From: Phallusia mammillata | Taxonomy: Eukaryota | Length of the DNA stretch: 64,000 bases | NCBI GenBank assembly: GCA_965637545.1 | Contig: OZ281496.1 | Location: 22,320,001-22,384,000 of the forward strand | Direction of reading: 5' to 3' | Part shown: piece after piece, positions 1-13,100 of the stretch | Layout of the letters: each line of letters starts with the position of its first letter | Position numbering within the stretch: position 1 is the first letter of the stretch | Notes under the pieces: model-generated | Database searches by the model: none | The model's input: the letters and a program-made list of their open reading frames with translations, nothing else | What the model was told of the DNA's origin: nothing | Translations under genes and position numbers: made by a program

Positions 1-724
1 TTTTTTTTAAAGTTTCGCATGACTTTTCCCAAACAACGAGCAAGCATGTTTTTAAACCTTTGGTTTCTAATTTCAAAACTCTGTATTTATTCGAGCATAA
101 CAAAACGCATTAACATACGACAACGACAGCAGTATCGTACGACCTAATGACCAGTGGAAATGAAATTTGACCTCCGCGTTTCATGTATTATGCATGCGAT
201 GATTGATCTTGTAAGAACCGATATAAATGGATTGCGTGATCCTATATTGGTATCTTTCGTGTCATCTAGGATTAACAATGGCTATATATGTGCCACGGAA
301 AACCCCTTTTGGACTCTACACTCTCACGTTCATATGCAAGGAAATTTCGTTCTATTTCCATGAATTGCTATGTATTGTTCAACATGTAAATATATCCGTT
401 GTGTGGGTGGAAAACGTTTAAGTGTGTTTTACTATAGTTTTACTTACGTTTATGTTTTTTAACAGGTTAATTTGTACATAATCACAATGGTAAAGCGGTA
501 TTTTAGACTTTTTCCATCATGTTGATTTTAATTTTACACTTTTTCCATCATGTTAATTTTGCTATGGAGCAACAGTTTATAATTGAAATAGTAAGTAAGT
601 GAATAATGGATTACAGGAAGTAATTTCCATTCATGCGCTTCGCCGTGTCACGCCATTTGGTACTGGTGCGGCAATGCTTTATGTGTAAATAGTGTTCGTT
701 GCGACAATAATTTTACTAAAGTGG

Positions 725-959
725 TTTATTTTTAGTAGCCACACGCAACGTACTTGAATTACCGCATTAAAACGTTTTGTTTAACTCTGATTCTTTAGTA
801 TTTTACTAGTCTAGAGCAAGCTTTTTTTCACAACGTTACGTTTGCTGGCAAAAATGGCTTTTCATAGTTCCAAAAAAAATGGACTGTGCAGTAAAAAACG
901 TCACAACCACTGTTCTCCTAATGTGCACCTAATTTGTTCGCGTAATGTCTGGGTTTAAT
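725..959 (-). other. First canonical poly(A) signals downstream of Hox2
   Basis: ATTAAA (954-959) and AATAAA (725-730) on the minus strand. I saw none between these and the stop codon, which implies a 3'UTR of about 1.4-1.7 kb. Confidence 0.35.
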
Positions 960-974
960 AGCGCTGTATTAGTT

Positions 975-1040
975 CAGTGGTTTTCAACCTTTTACATCCG
1001 TGACCCATTTTAGCAATCAAATGTAACCCGCGACCCCTTC
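975..1040 (+). mobile_element. Probable left end of a truncated hAT MITE
   Basis: CAGTGGTTTTCAACCTTTT followed by GTGACCC/CGCGACCC subterminal motifs. No matching right end found. Confidence 0.4.
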
Positions 1041-2389
1041 CTAAAATTTCCACATAGTGTTTATGATATGATAGCCGCACGAGGGCGACATAGAACTGTC
1101 ACAAGACTAGAGTTCCCATTTTTGGCTCTTGGCGCTTCCGATATTTTTTAAAAATGCATACGATAGGATATATCTGAAAACTATTTGTTTGTTTTTATAG
1201 ATTTTTAAGATTGGAAAGGTGTGATTTTTTTGCATCACCCACTACAAATCAAAAGTCCGCCGCATTGCAGGGACTTGAATTAGTTGAGCCGCAGAAAACA
1301 TGGTTCAAATTTAAGTGGGCTTTCCGTCACTTTGAATTAATGGGGTCTCGTGCGTAGGCAACCCGTAGATTCAACTGCGATAATCTGTGGAGAGAAAATT
1401 GAATAATGTCGGCAAAAGGGCCAACACCATGTTTTTCGTTTGCGCTCTGGGCTTATTTCGCAAGTTGTACGTGGTACTGCGTTGGTGGTCGGAACGTATC
1501 AGTTTGCCTTGTCAGAAACCCTTCGGTCGCCTGGCGGTCCAGAACGACTTGAAGCAACAGTTGCTGGCAACATTTGTTCAGCTAATCTGCCCCCAAACTG
1601 CCCACTTTCCTGCCCTTGGAAAACCTGTAAGCGTTAGGGCTTATGCAAACTGACATGCCTAATTCATGGAAGATTAACCGTAGGGGTTTCGCCCTTGCTG
1701 AAGGGAGCGGTGATTTGCTAAGACATCGATTATCTTGACAGAGGCAAGGCCTTTGAGCCGATGACCTTTGGTGGGCTAACAAAAGTGCAAACTACAAATC
1801 CCGCTGTATATATTTATATGTATTGGATAGTAATAGGCAAGGTTGTCGCGATAAACACAATGGAGACTATGTGGGAATGAGAGTGGAACTCAATTGCAAA
1901 AAGAAGTGCGAAAAAAAAACGAAAGCAAAAATACAACAAACAAACTGTATTGAAATTTGGTTGTTCTCGTTTTTTTCATCGAGTAAAAAAGCGCAGTAAT
2001 AAATTTCCACTTTCGGTGTGATTGACAGGCGCGAATAAGAGGGGCGATTTGTTCGTCTTTTCTTAAACCAACAACAGTAAATACATAAATAACGGTCGAA
2101 TTGTCTATGTTAGTACGCTTCCAAAGCCGGGGACGATGGTTTCAAGTCTATACATGGACATCATTGAAGGCGAATGTCAGTCTTTGACGATATATCACAC
2201 CGCGGTTTAAGCTATCAGCAAACAAATGCGGGTCGTTCATTGGGGCTTCGTGGACCCCAGGCACTGACAACAGCAATAAATAACAGCCAGGTCACTAATC
2301 AAAGTACACATATGGGAGACTTGTAGTCTCGTGTGTTGCGGTGTGGAAAATCCACCACAAAGTACATCTTTAAGTGGTCTTCGTCTTTC

Positions 2390-4145
2390 TCACATATCAA
2401 GTACGCGTTGCGCGCTGCCAAGGAGGCCAGCGGTCTGCGAAATGTCCACGTGTGTGACAGTGCGGGCGTGGATTTCAAACTGGGTGGAGGGAAAGGGGCG
2501 ATTTGCACAGTTGGGGTATTCACCGTACCCGTACCCCTTGGCTAAAGTGTGGAACAGCGCTTTGCCGTTAATGCTGCTATTGTCGGCGCGTGTCGTCCGC
2601 GACTCGGGCGACAAAGGGTTGCAGCGTGGAGGCTGATTGCTGTAGTTCGGCGATTCGTAATAGTCGGTGGCTTGGTCACTTCCGTAGTCACTGGTAGCGG
2701 TTTGAGATGGCGAAATCGATTTGGTGTGTAAATCATATGTGGACGATGTTCTATCGTACAAAGGATAGTTGCTTTCCGTTTGTTCGTTATAGCTTTGCTG
2801 CCGATTGCTAAAGTCCGCTTGATCGCACGAACCGTGTTTGTCGGCTAACAGATGGAATGAGCTTTTGTACGATGACTGTGTACTTGGCCGTTGCTTGTTA
2901 GCTGCATACAAGTCCTGTTGGCCAGGCTTCCAATCGTACACATCGACAGCTTTATTAGTGGGATAGGCAGTTTCGGATGATCTCCTATAAACCGATGTCC
3001 CATTTTGATGTTGCTCGCTCTTACTGTTGTTGTATCTTTCATACAATGAAGCAACAGACGCCCTTCGTAAACCATTATCATGGTAATTACTGTACCTCGA
3101 TTTTCGGAAACTATCATGGTTGCTAGCTGAGTTATATTGCATGCCATACACTGGTTGAGACTCGTAGCTCTGATATTCAGCCAGTTTGCCGTTTCTGGTG
3201 GAACCATAGGGCTGTTGCAACCATCCGCTTGGCTGTGACGATCGCCGTACACCACCAGAGTAGGGTGTGGTGCTCGCATGACATGCGCTGGATACTGGAT
3301 ACTGCATCTGATGCGAGTAACTGGTTTGTGGGTATGCGCTATAGTGCCCGGGTGAGGAAGTTGTGTTCAATGCGTCAACTCCCACATTTGTAGGCATTGA
3401 ATTGTGTACAGTTGAATTTGAGTAGCGTAGGTACGTATTGGTCGGTACCTTTTCCGCTGAACTGGTGTACATTGCATTGTAATAACTCTCGCCCTTTTCT
3501 TGGTCTTTACTGTATATTGCCACTTCGCTTGATCCGGTCATCTCGGAATGGTGTTCGTTTTTAACGTTAAGATAACTCGGGAAAGTGTCGCAACGTTCAC
3601 TTTTAGTCTCCAGCTTGGAAATGGGATACTGCAATTCTTCTGAGAACTTTCTAGAAGTTCCACTAGTGCTTGTAGCCGGCATATCATCTCGAGTGCATTC
3701 CGACGCTGAAGAACCGGTCGCAACGTCCGGCGCTTGGAAGCTTGGTCTGTCAACGTCGGGTGAAACTTTATCCCTTGAGAGGTTGCAAGTGGTCGAAATC
3801 ACAGCCTTTAGAGCTTCGGTTTTGCTCGCTTTCCTGCTGCGTTTTTTCACCGACAATGCTTCAGCTTCCGTCGTCATTTCGACCGGTTTTGCCTCACACG
3901 AGTCTCGCGTCTCAGCGACGCCTTCGGGCGATCCACCATTTTCTTTCGGTGTGTCTTCGTCGCGAATACTGTCACTGTCGCTATGTTTTGCGTCTTGACT
4001 GCCGGTATCATCGTCGTCCTCGTTGTTTTTGTCGGCTTCGTCGGCCGATGAATCATCGCTGTCGCCGCATTTGTCTTTTTGAGACTGTTGCTGCTGTTGT
4101 CGTTTGTGTTTCATGCGGCGGTTTTGAAACCAAACTTTGACTTGC
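2390..4145 (-). CDS. Hox2: Hox2 coding exon 3 (helix 3 and long C-terminal tail)
   Basis: Acceptor attgcag|G CAA GTC gives [20 protein letters not shown], open to the stop at 2390. Confidence 0.93.
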
Positions 4146-7100
4146 CTGCAATATGAACAGTTTAGTATATTGGCAACCACTCCTTACAAATTTAAATAAC
4201 TTGACGGTCTTTCCCAATGTGTTTCAGCACCTAATGCTTATGTGGTAAAATTTGTCTAACTTACTATATAATGTTACAAATAGTATTAAAAAATATAGTT
4301 TTTAAATGACATTATTGTGGAGCCTGTATTGATTTGACCCCTGGTGATGTTTTGAAGTTAGGCCCATCGGTTATTTTCTTTCTCCTTATGATAGCGAACA
4401 TAAACAATGGACAGCTGTCACACTAGTATTCAGTTCTAAATCGGTAAACGCGAGGACAAAATTTATTGTAAACACCAAAACATAAGCGAATAAAAACAGG
4501 TGTGGGCCACAGAATGTTTCAAATTATCCGTATAAACACCGCTACCTTTGCCGTTTCAACGACTCTAAATATATATGCCAAGAGCGCAGAGGATTTTCTC
4601 AATCCCATTTAAGGCGAGGAACAACGATTTTCGAAAATTAAAGTAAACAAAAGAGGTCATGGTCCGATTTTTTGGTCCGCTGCAGTGCTTGAGAAAATTT
4701 CGCCGGTCAGTTGCTGTAAATTACCTTTCTGTCAAGTCAAGAAGGGTGGCGATTTCAATGCGTCTTGGTCGACACAAGTACTTGTTATAGTGAAACTCTT
4801 TTTCGAGCTCAAGAAGCTGCGTGTTGGTGTAGGCGGTACGGAGTCGACGCGATGCTCCAGGCGGCCGGATTCCTGCGCAAAAGAAGAACTAACGTAAAAG
4901 AACTGCGTCTTACAGACGTGCACCCATGGTCAGGTTGCCTTTCGGGCTAAGATTTTATCGAAACTTTGCCGCATCTTCAAAGCAAAGTCCCTGGGGCCTG
5001 TGCGGAAAATTGCAGTGTGGTGTATACACAATCGACCCTTTGATATGTTGGCGACATTTTGTCAGCGGTTTTCCGTGTCTATCGCCAGACTGCTCACAGC
5101 GACCGGAAGAACATGTTTTTGCGTAACAAAAGTGAATATCTGTGTATTATTTTCGGTTAATATGTCCCCTAAAGTAATGGCCCAAAAACACTCAACTGGT
5201 ACAAAAACAAACAAAAATAGGATGAAGACAAACTTTTTCTCATCTAAAATACCCGGCATGAACGAAAATGCTGAATATTTTTTTCAAATTGTTTATTGGA
5301 GTATGAATTATGGGTTGCCACACAAAATTCAAAAATATTAAGTAGGTCGTTGTAATGTTTATTGCGTTTAGTTTAAAGCTTTAATAAATTGAGAATTTAC
5401 TTTTTACAAAAACACATTCATCTGCCAAATATTTGTGTGAATTTGTGGCAGTTTGCATGTATGGGTTTGACTGACTCTTCGGTGCGCAGTTATGGTTGTG
5501 GAAAGTTTTTCTACAGCTTTGTTTGCGTTTCGAACTTTGACTCAAAATTGGCATTTAGACGCAAGTTGACACAACAAATTTTACGCCTTATAAAGCACAA
5601 CACTTTCGCATCATAGCATTTGCCTTGAAGCAGATAATTAAGTTCTAGACTCAACCGCTGTGAAAAGCTGGGTCGTGTCGCATGCCCTGGTTTCGTCGCG
5701 TATATCGTTATTTTCAAACAGGGCGTGCCCTCCGCTGTTAAGAATTTCCGCATGTATTTTTCTTTTATCGTTTACTCTAAAAGCCGTTGCTGGCTTTTCG
5801 CCCAGAGCCTTAATGCACTTGAAAATAGTAAGTCAAGCCGCAGAGCGGTTTAAAACAGATTTTGTGTCCTAGTTAAAAGACCGTTCCCGCAGGTATATTA
5901 CGCATTTACTTTGTGCATTGTTGTCCACAAATTATGACATTATGTGAGAAACCACACGAAGCTGGCTAAAACAGGTGAACTAGAGTTGGGTGTTGGGTTT
6001 TTAATAAAGATACTCTTATCAGTTTTGAACAATAATTTTGAAGGCAAAAATTTCGGTCAAACTGTTTACATTGGCATTTTTTGTAATTGAACGTGCACTT
6101 TTCTGCAATTGGATAGCCTGCTGCGCATCTCCGTCGTTGTGCCCCGTAGATAGCTTTTATTGCAATTTCTTGGCCCCTAAAATGCTGACTATTTCCAAAC
6201 AAAGGAGAAAGTGCATCGACTGAGATGGCGTACTAAACTCGTTGTACACTGTTGTTTGAAATTATTTTCCAAACAATTTGACTTAAATCCTGCTTTTGTC
6301 TGCAACGCCTCACAAGTCTTTTGAGTTACTCAAATTTTGATTAATTAAGTTGTGTAAAAATGGTTTTAAGTCGCGTTTCGAAGTGTTGCGTTTTCGACCA
6401 CCAAAGTCAAAATATTGATTTTGTTAGCCACCAAATTGGCAATGTTGGATACTATTTTTTATTTTTACTTTCTATGGCCAGAATAAGTGATAAATCCTTT
6501 TGCGACTCTTGACTTTCCAAGTCAAATCTTTAAAAGGTCCCAAACCCTATGCAAACAAGTCACTCAGCCCGCAAACATCAGACGACACGCAAAACGGGCA
6601 GGGCACAATAGTCCAGGCGACAAGTGTCAATCGGTTAGTGAGATAAGGGCAAGAGCACACTTACTACAATCGGATTGCGATTGTACTAATCGGATTATGC
6701 CGCTCCGCTATCGCCAGCAATGCGACTACTTAGTAAATATTTTGACGTTCCGCTTTGGGGATTACAAGTATGGATTTTGAGTCGCACGCCTCGCTCACTT
6801 CATGGTCGCTTTCGTTGCAGCCTGAGAACCAAATCGCAGGTGTTAAGTTGCACTTGAGCGTTCGACGGCTAAAGCGTTATAATGCCCGGAGGCGTTATTT
6901 GTATGGGCGACTGTCCATCGCGGTGCGGCTGCCAAACTAATATTCCGCCAAGGAAATGTAGTAAAGTAACTGCAATAAAATGATGATTAAAGTTGTTTTT
7001 AAGTGTTTTTAAACTAACCAAAAATATACAATGGAAAAACTGTGTTTGAATACGTAATTTATTTATAATGATCATGCTGGTTTATGTTGTGCAAGAAACT

Positions 7101-10100
7101 TTTCTAAGCACAAAATCAAGATTTCGTGTTTGGCTGTGGTCCTATATGTTGCGTGAATCCTAAAATGCGCTGTTTTTGGCGTTCCGAGTTGGACATCAGT
7201 CTTCTTGACAGGTGCGGGTTCGTGCAAATATTTGTCTTAGGCCAGACGCTATAGGATAATTATTGCAATTGTCCACACAGTAGTCTGACCCGTTGTATCC
7301 CAAAATACTCCTTCGAAAGCCAAAATTGAACACCCTAGAAAGTTTTTTTACAGCGAATTTTACCATCGTATTAAAAGTTTAATTGGATATTCAAACTCTC
7401 ATAGGTTTGTATGGATTTGAGATTTCACTGACATTCTGTCATGTTGTCATTTGTATGTGTGTTTGAAATTTTAGTACCCAACTGGCACAACTATAAATGC
7501 AAAGTTTGACAATTTTCGCTCCAATGATGTACGTGCTTTTATGGGTTTGTTAATGATACCCTTAGAGTAGGGAAAACTATTACACGATTCAAATTTTGTC
7601 GCTGACGGATTATGAGTACCACTTTACTTTAAATTTACCAGGCACTTAAATATATCTTCAACTCATCATTTGACACCGTTGCCACGAATCGAAAATTCCA
7701 TGTTTCCAATTATGTCTGTACTGATTCCGCAGTTGTAACGTATATTGCCCGTTCGTGTCTCCACAACGTGCGGTTTCGATGCAGGTTTTTGGCATGAAGC
7801 GCCGAAAGACCGGCGGCCATATTGCTTTGTCGCGACGCTTACAATAAATCACTGTCTGTTAGCCACCTCTTTGCTTATCACGGATATTCACAAGTTAAAC
7901 ACTGCGCGTAGATACGGCACGTGATTGCGGATCGAACCCTCTAAAGATGTTTTAAAAATCAACAAGCGTCTAGTACGAGCCTTGGGCCAGTTTCAACCGT
8001 TTATTTTACTTTAACATATCAATGTATAACATGCGGTCCTTTAGCCCTATGTGTATTGAAACGAGGTGCACGTTAGGATAACAAATTTGTGTCCATCTTG
8101 TTGTTTACAAAGTTTGGTTCGTTTATTAAACCGTGAAATTAAATAAAAGGTTCTAAATGCCAGGCTTCCTTTACCGCCTCCATCATCAGGCATGACTCAC
8201 ACGAAAGTCATGTTTGACGTTCTGCTTCGGTCAAAGTCATACGATTTTCGACTTCCTTTAGTGTATCTGACGCAGTTTTACCGAAATACGTATTGTTTCA
8301 GGCAACTCTCTGTGTTTGCAGAAGACTTTGACTCATTTAATGTGAAACTGTGGTTGCGATAAACATGCGAAAGAAGCTTAATTCTCTTGTTTTGACTTCA
8401 CACCTAATTAACTAGGTCAATATTTTCCGTGTCTCGTTCCACAAGTCGCCAACAAAGGGCAAATTTCAGTTCTCGGACTGCCGCCTGATTGTCGAAAATA
8501 CAAGCCGCCAAGTTTCGTGCCATGACCCACTTAATCCTAAGATTAACACCTTGTGTGAAATACTATGGACATTTTAGTTGCTCAGTTGTAGCATTAGGTT
8601 TACTGTTGAAACGATCAGGGACAAAACGCACTTTACCCATGATGAACAAACATTGCTTTGCTGATGTATGCGATCGTGCGAAGTTTTGTACACACCATTG
8701 AAATCGGACTCCTGAGCTGTAATTTATCAAATACTTTCATTTTCGTTTCAGAAACATCACAGTATCGGATTCACTGTTGGTGGCCTGATTTTACCTTAAA
8801 TCTATATTAGAAATACTTACAAATAAAACAATGCATACTGGCATTTTAGGAATGCTTTTTGCAGTCGATTCTTATTTTTTGGTGATTTGTAGTTTTTATG
8901 GGTCCCCTTCCTTGAAGGGGACACATCTTGATTTTACTCGATTTCTTTTTTTTTTTTTTCTTTTTTTTTCTTCTTTTTTTTTTCTTCCCTGAAGTTTGTC
9001 CACCCCATTTTGCCCTGAAATGTTTGATGGATTTGGATGAAACTTTCACAGATGGTAGATATAGTTGTGTAGATGTGCCATCTGCTTCGTTTGTCATGAT
9101 AACCCCAGTATTTACCCCGCTAGACCCCAAAATGTAAAATGTGGTTTGTGCGCACCACAAACGTTAGTTTTGTGTGATGTTATAAAGACAACTACATATG
9201 GTACTCATGTTTAAGGATTGCTTGGTGAACGTGTTTGCGGATAGCAGTCAAGTCAAGGGGGTTGTTCACAGCCTTGTGACGTCATAAGTCATTAGGTTGT
9301 TTGTTAAAACGCCCCCTAGTGGTCAAAATTGAAACATTGGCCAATTTGGACAAAATTTTACAGGATTGTTGTTTGGGTCATCTTGTGACGTCATAAGTTA
9401 TTACGGTTGTTGGTTAAAACGCCCCCTAGTGGTCGAAATTGAAACATTGGCCGATTTGGACAAAATTTTACAGGATTGTTGTTTGGGTCATTGCAGTTTC
9501 ATATTTTCAACATTAGGGTGAAGAACCCCATCAGTTACCCCACTAGCCCCCTAAAATGGGTGAATATTTAAACAGGGTCGGAATTGGCTGAAATTTGGAT
9601 AGCTTGTATAATTTGCCATTTACAATTGATGATTGTTGTGTTAAAACCTGTAGCCCCAGCATTTACCCCACTAGCCCCCTAAAATGGGTGAATTTTTAAA
9701 CAGGGTTGGATTTGGCTGAAATTTGGATAGCTTGTACAATTTGCCATTTACAAATGATGATTGTTGTGTTAAACCCTGTAGCCCCATCAGTTACCCCACT
9801 AGCCCCCTAAAAAGGATAAATTTTTTAAACAGGGTCGGAATTGGCTGAAATTTGGATAGCTTGTACAATTTGCCATTTACAAATGACGATTGTTGTGTTA
9901 AACCCTGTAGCCCCAATAGTCACCCTGCTAGCCCCCTAAAATGGGTGAGTTTTTAAACAGTGGGCAATTGTTGGAAATGTTATGCCATTTATAGGTATCG
10001 ATTGTTGTGTTTTACTTCTTTGTTTTAAACTAGACAAACTTTAAACAATGCTTGAATTGAGTCGATTTGTATAGTTTGAACTTTGCATAGCATGACTATT

Positions 10101-13100
10101 TAATCCTAGTACCAATCACAGTGTTTTACTTTACAACACCAAAGTTTCTTATGGTTATCTCTTGAAATGCAGTGTTTACAACTTTGCATGTGTGGGGACC
10201 CATGAGTTTCTGCCTGCAGAAACAACTAACGTTTTAAAAGACGGTGGCAAATATGGGACCCAATATAAAATAAGTGAAGGAATTATATTTATGTTTTAAA
10301 ATAGATCATAGTGTATGTGCAAGGGCAATATGTGCTAAGCCACCCTTCTAGTTTTTAACTATTTTATTGTAGGTATACGTTTGAAAATTTGCGTTGTAAA
10401 TATTTGCTTGCAGTATTTGCTAATCAGGTTTTTATAAAAACTTTTTTGATGATTTGTGTTTGTTGTAGTTTCTCCCTTCCACGAAAAAACAGCGTTTATC
10501 GAGCGAAAATGCGCTTTTTTGTAATTTATTAGAGTTATACTGTTAATGGTTTTTGATGTTAAGTATTTTCAATTAATTGGCTTGGTTTGGCGTAAAATGT
10601 GTAAAGATTAACAGCAAGTTTTTTCGCTTATCCTTCAGTATTGTTAAATTGACCGAGTATTTCACGGTTCGTGTCCAACTGCGTCCAGGGCCCAACTCCT
10701 TGCAGTATTCGGCCGTTCACCCTCCAGCACTAAAGCGCGTTTTAACGGGCGCTGAGTGAAGCGCACTCTGTTTTGTCGTTTGATTGACGTGTGAGGGTAG
10801 CCATGGTGGCTACAGGTTTGAAGGCCGCTTGCGCACGCTTGAAGAATTTTACCGAGGTGCCAAAAGTTCAAACTGCCCGATCTAAAAGTGTCCTGCGTGT
10901 CTCGCACCTGTATCGTACGTATTTTGACAATGTCGGTTCATGTATGGAATTGACATTGTACGAGTGTAACGAAATCCTAAAAACCACCAGTCACTTGATC
11001 AAATATTGACGTAAACGACGTTTGCGCGATTGCACAGTAGCCCTGGGTCGGTAATCGAATAGGGCTGAGTACACACTGTTTCGCACCTAACGATGCCAGT
11101 GCTGCGAGTCAGGATCAACACACTTATAACACGGGTCTTGGATTAATTATTAAGCGTTCGTGGGCCTCTTGCTCTTGTTCATTTCGTGTGTCAGCAGGAT
11201 GGTATCAATGACTGAAAGGCGAGGCCAAAAATGTGTGTGGGATCAACTGCTTTTTCCCATTTGCCACAATTGCCCGCCTAGACGTGTTGTCATATACGTC
11301 GATCATCTTAAGAAGGAACTTAAATGCATACGCCATCCTTTTTTTCTGCATGGTTGCAGGGCAATGATAAACGCTGCGTGTTGTTTTTAGTATTTTTACT
11401 TGCGGGTGGCGGTTTTGTTTGGCATTAGCAGTCTGACAAGCCGTTTTTTCGGTTGAACGCTTGTTTCAGACTTTTGCTGGGCACGTCAACAAAGAGCGCT
11501 CGATCTTCTTGATCTTGTGCAGCGCTTACATCGGGGTACGTAAACAACAGCTGAAGATGCCAGCAGCAACAACTCAAAATACCTGCCGAATTAAAGACAG
11601 CCACAACAAAGCTAAATGGACCCGTTTGACAAAACAAAAAGGAAATCATTGGGACCGGGAGCTATACGATACCCCGTAGGACCACCGTGGACACCAAGTT
11701 AAGAGCAACTACAAGCTTTTGCGGTCTAGATTGGGTTGCCCTCGACTCTTAGGGGGAGTCGAACCTAAGAAGGTGTCCTTGCTGGTGGAATGTGAGCGAT
11801 AGTCACAGGAGATTGGCCATGCATGCTGTCCGGCCACCCGGTGTGCACTCAACTTGCCCGGCAAAAAACTTAATGCAGTTAAGTTTATATCCTTTGTACC
11901 CTTGCTAACCACGCACGCGAACCGGGAAATTTATCTCTATTTCTTGATATGTACGAATTTGCAATTGTTTGTGGTATAAATAATTGATTTTCTCGTGAGC
12001 AAACACGAATATGGACGGAAATCTATTGCATTTTTGTCTTGTTAGTCCCATAATCGGCATCCTATCCCAACATTCAGCCGTCTAATTTTCAAACGTCTTC
12101 GTATATGTACCAGATGCTATAGCATTATAACCAAGCCTTTGATGCGTCCCGGCCATAACAAACCAACGCGTAGATGTAACCGGTCTGGAAGCCCTTGGGC
12201 AGTGAGTGCGACAAAAATGGCGGATGTTACCAAGATCAATCGACTCGCATCCTTTTGAATGCACTTTGCACTCGTAGTCGACTGTTGATACAGAAATAAA
12301 CATTTTTTTGTAGATTGCATGTATGGTAAAGTTTTTGTGACGGACGTATGGATATTGAAGCTTGGTTTAAGGCGATACGAATCTTCGTAAAGGTTATGGC
12401 TGAGCAATGTCGTGGTACGGATCTGCACGCGGCCAATTTTCCAGATCAGAAAACGGGACGATTTCGGTGCAACCAAAAACCTCGACGTCGAAGCGATGCC
12501 CGCGGCCTAAACAACGGAAAATGACAGGGCTCTGAAAACGTCTAGGTGTCGGCACAAAGGTAAACACACCTGACAGTTGCGAGTCAAGTGATTGATGACT
12601 GGCGAGACGGTTCAAAGGCTGCCCGCAATTTTGGGCACCAGTCCTACACGCTTTCCCCCGGAGCAACGGAGAAAGGTCGGGAGGACCCATAAATAAAAGA
12701 TTGCCATGCAAGCTGCCCGGTGTCCCTTGCAACACTTGTTATTTTTGTGCGGATTTGGTTGAACATCGCCAATTTGGCTTGACCGATCGGCGAACCGCGT
12801 GCTGGAGTCTCTATTTCTCTAATTAGGATTGGTTGGGCTATTTGCGTTAGAAATCGCAGAAATTAACGTGATTAGCGCTGGACCACCACTGGTGCTAAAC
12901 GCACGTGGGTTAATCTTGTGGTAACAAAGATTCATTGGTGTGGCCTGTTGTCCAAGTTGCAAAACGCTCCACTTTAATCCAGTTTTGTGAAGGTAATTTA
13001 AGAAAATATTTATGTCGAAACAGTTTTTGTATCACTAGTATAAATCATTATTTTGACGATTTTGAATTTGTTAAAAGTACATGGAGGACATGTTTTATAA

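Larger units (their letters stand above)
8893..10235 (+). mobile_element. Non-autonomous Helentron-associated element (HINE / DINE-1-like) in Hox2 intron 1
   Basis: In order: T-run, 5' subTIR ATGGGTCCCC (8898-8907), adjacent partial IR GGGGACACAT (8917-8926), T/TTC microsatellite (8942-8985), internal tandem repeats, 3' subTIR GGGGACCCAT (10194-10203), hairpin GTTTCTGC/GCAGAAAC (10206-10223), then TTTT. This is the established DINE-1/HINE layout. Confidence 0.8.

Noticed and set aside
7925-7990. tRNA/SINE-like A box (TGGCCCAAGG) and B box (GGTTCGATCC) on the minus strand
   Set aside because: No cloverleaf, an internal T-run, no second copy and no TSD.
8846-9160. ORFs with poly-Lys / poly-Phe runs
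   Set aside because: Translation of the HINE T-rich microsatellite.
9773-9910. ACCCTGTAG, matching the 5' end of miR-10
   Set aside because: Only 9 nt match, it is part of the 128-bp transposon repeat and there is no precursor hairpin. miR-10 is expected 5' of Hox4, outside this window.
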